DNA of 64,000 nucleotides from Actinomycetota bacterium (GTDB lineage Bacteria; Margulisbacteria; Marinamargulisbacteria; GCA-2716485; GCA-002719695): NCBI GenBank assembly GCA_002697535.1, contig NZWE01000012.1, positions 8,713 to 72,712 of the forward strand, read 5' to 3'. Shown piece by piece: positions 63,855 to 64,000 of this stretch (position 1 is its first letter; each line of letters starts with the position of its first letter). The notes under the pieces were generated by a model. It saw only the letters and a program-made list of their open reading frames with translations, ran no database searches and was not told where the DNA came from. The position numbers and the translations under genes were made by a program.

Positions 63855-64000
63855 ATGAACATAAAAACATTAATTTTAACTGAAAAATCTTATTCAGCTG
63901 CAGGAGCAGGATCATCACAACAAGTGAGATCAAATACACAAACTCCTTGTTCTAGAAAATCATTTAAACCCGTTAAATCCGTCTTAGGAAAAGTACTTAT
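63855..64000 (+). CDS. 5' end of a further orphan gene (truncated by the window edge)
   Basis: TAAGGAG SD 7 nt upstream of the ATG. Open to the end of the window (MNIKTLILTEKSYSAAGAGSSQQVRSNTQTPCSRKSFKP...). Confidence 0.5.
   Translation, partial: MNIKTLILTEKSYSAAGAGSSQQVRSNTQTPCSRKSFKPVKSVLGKVL

Noticed and set aside
55687-64000. Treating the effector locus as a mobile genomic island or prophage.
   Set aside because: There is no integrase, transposase, tRNA attachment site or flanking DNA direct repeats. The only 'flanking repeat' is protein-level similarity between the two small ORFs. I could not assess a compositional shift without computation.

Overview
Visibly AT-rich (about one-third G+C by eye, not computed), densely coding bacterial chromosomal segment with about 58 credible CDS. 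I recognised no rRNA, tRNA, CRISPR array, transposase, integrase or phage genes. The backbone is housekeeping. On the minus strand, rpsP-KH-YlqD-like-trmD-rplS runs with 2-nt gaps into argC-argJ-argB-argF (154-6269). Further along are an SNF2 helicase, hemE, and ferredoxin-serC-pyk-menD-menF-ubiE on the minus strand. That block is divergent from an 8-gene plus-strand operon: a VKOR-DsbA fusion, a TlpA-like thioredoxin, a DUF4416-like protein, a prepilin peptidase and four very divergent pseudopilin-like proteins. The rest of the backbone is panE, a gamma-CA-like protein, SPOR-maf-mreB-pheS-pheT-mutS, DJ-1, aspS, purF, an S8 protease with a T9SS-type C-terminal sorting domain next to an OM barrel, a DUF2779-like protein, prc, PPi-PFK and pepA. 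The envelope genes imply a diderm; the lineage cannot be assigned from this window. Novelty candidates, in order of interest: (1) the 55.7-64.0 kb locus, which holds a ~1450-aa coiled-coil protein ending in an OTU-type deubiquitinase domain (a eukaryote-directed effector signature), two type-I-like membrane proteins with eukaryote-like low-complexity ectodomains, two paralogous ~40-aa aromatic-rich small ORFs bracketing the locus, and a duplicated promoter-like element; (2) a GC-rich 8-copy 30/32-bp tandem array followed by a 130-nt near-perfect hairpin at 15.57-15.96 kb; (3) an orphan two-gene operon for 953-aa and 501-aa secreted proteins at 6.3-10.7 kb; (4) several small orphan plus-strand genes with strong SD sites, one carrying a KKRKR NLS-like motif. 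All functional calls rest on motifs read from the supplied translations. No database search was run.
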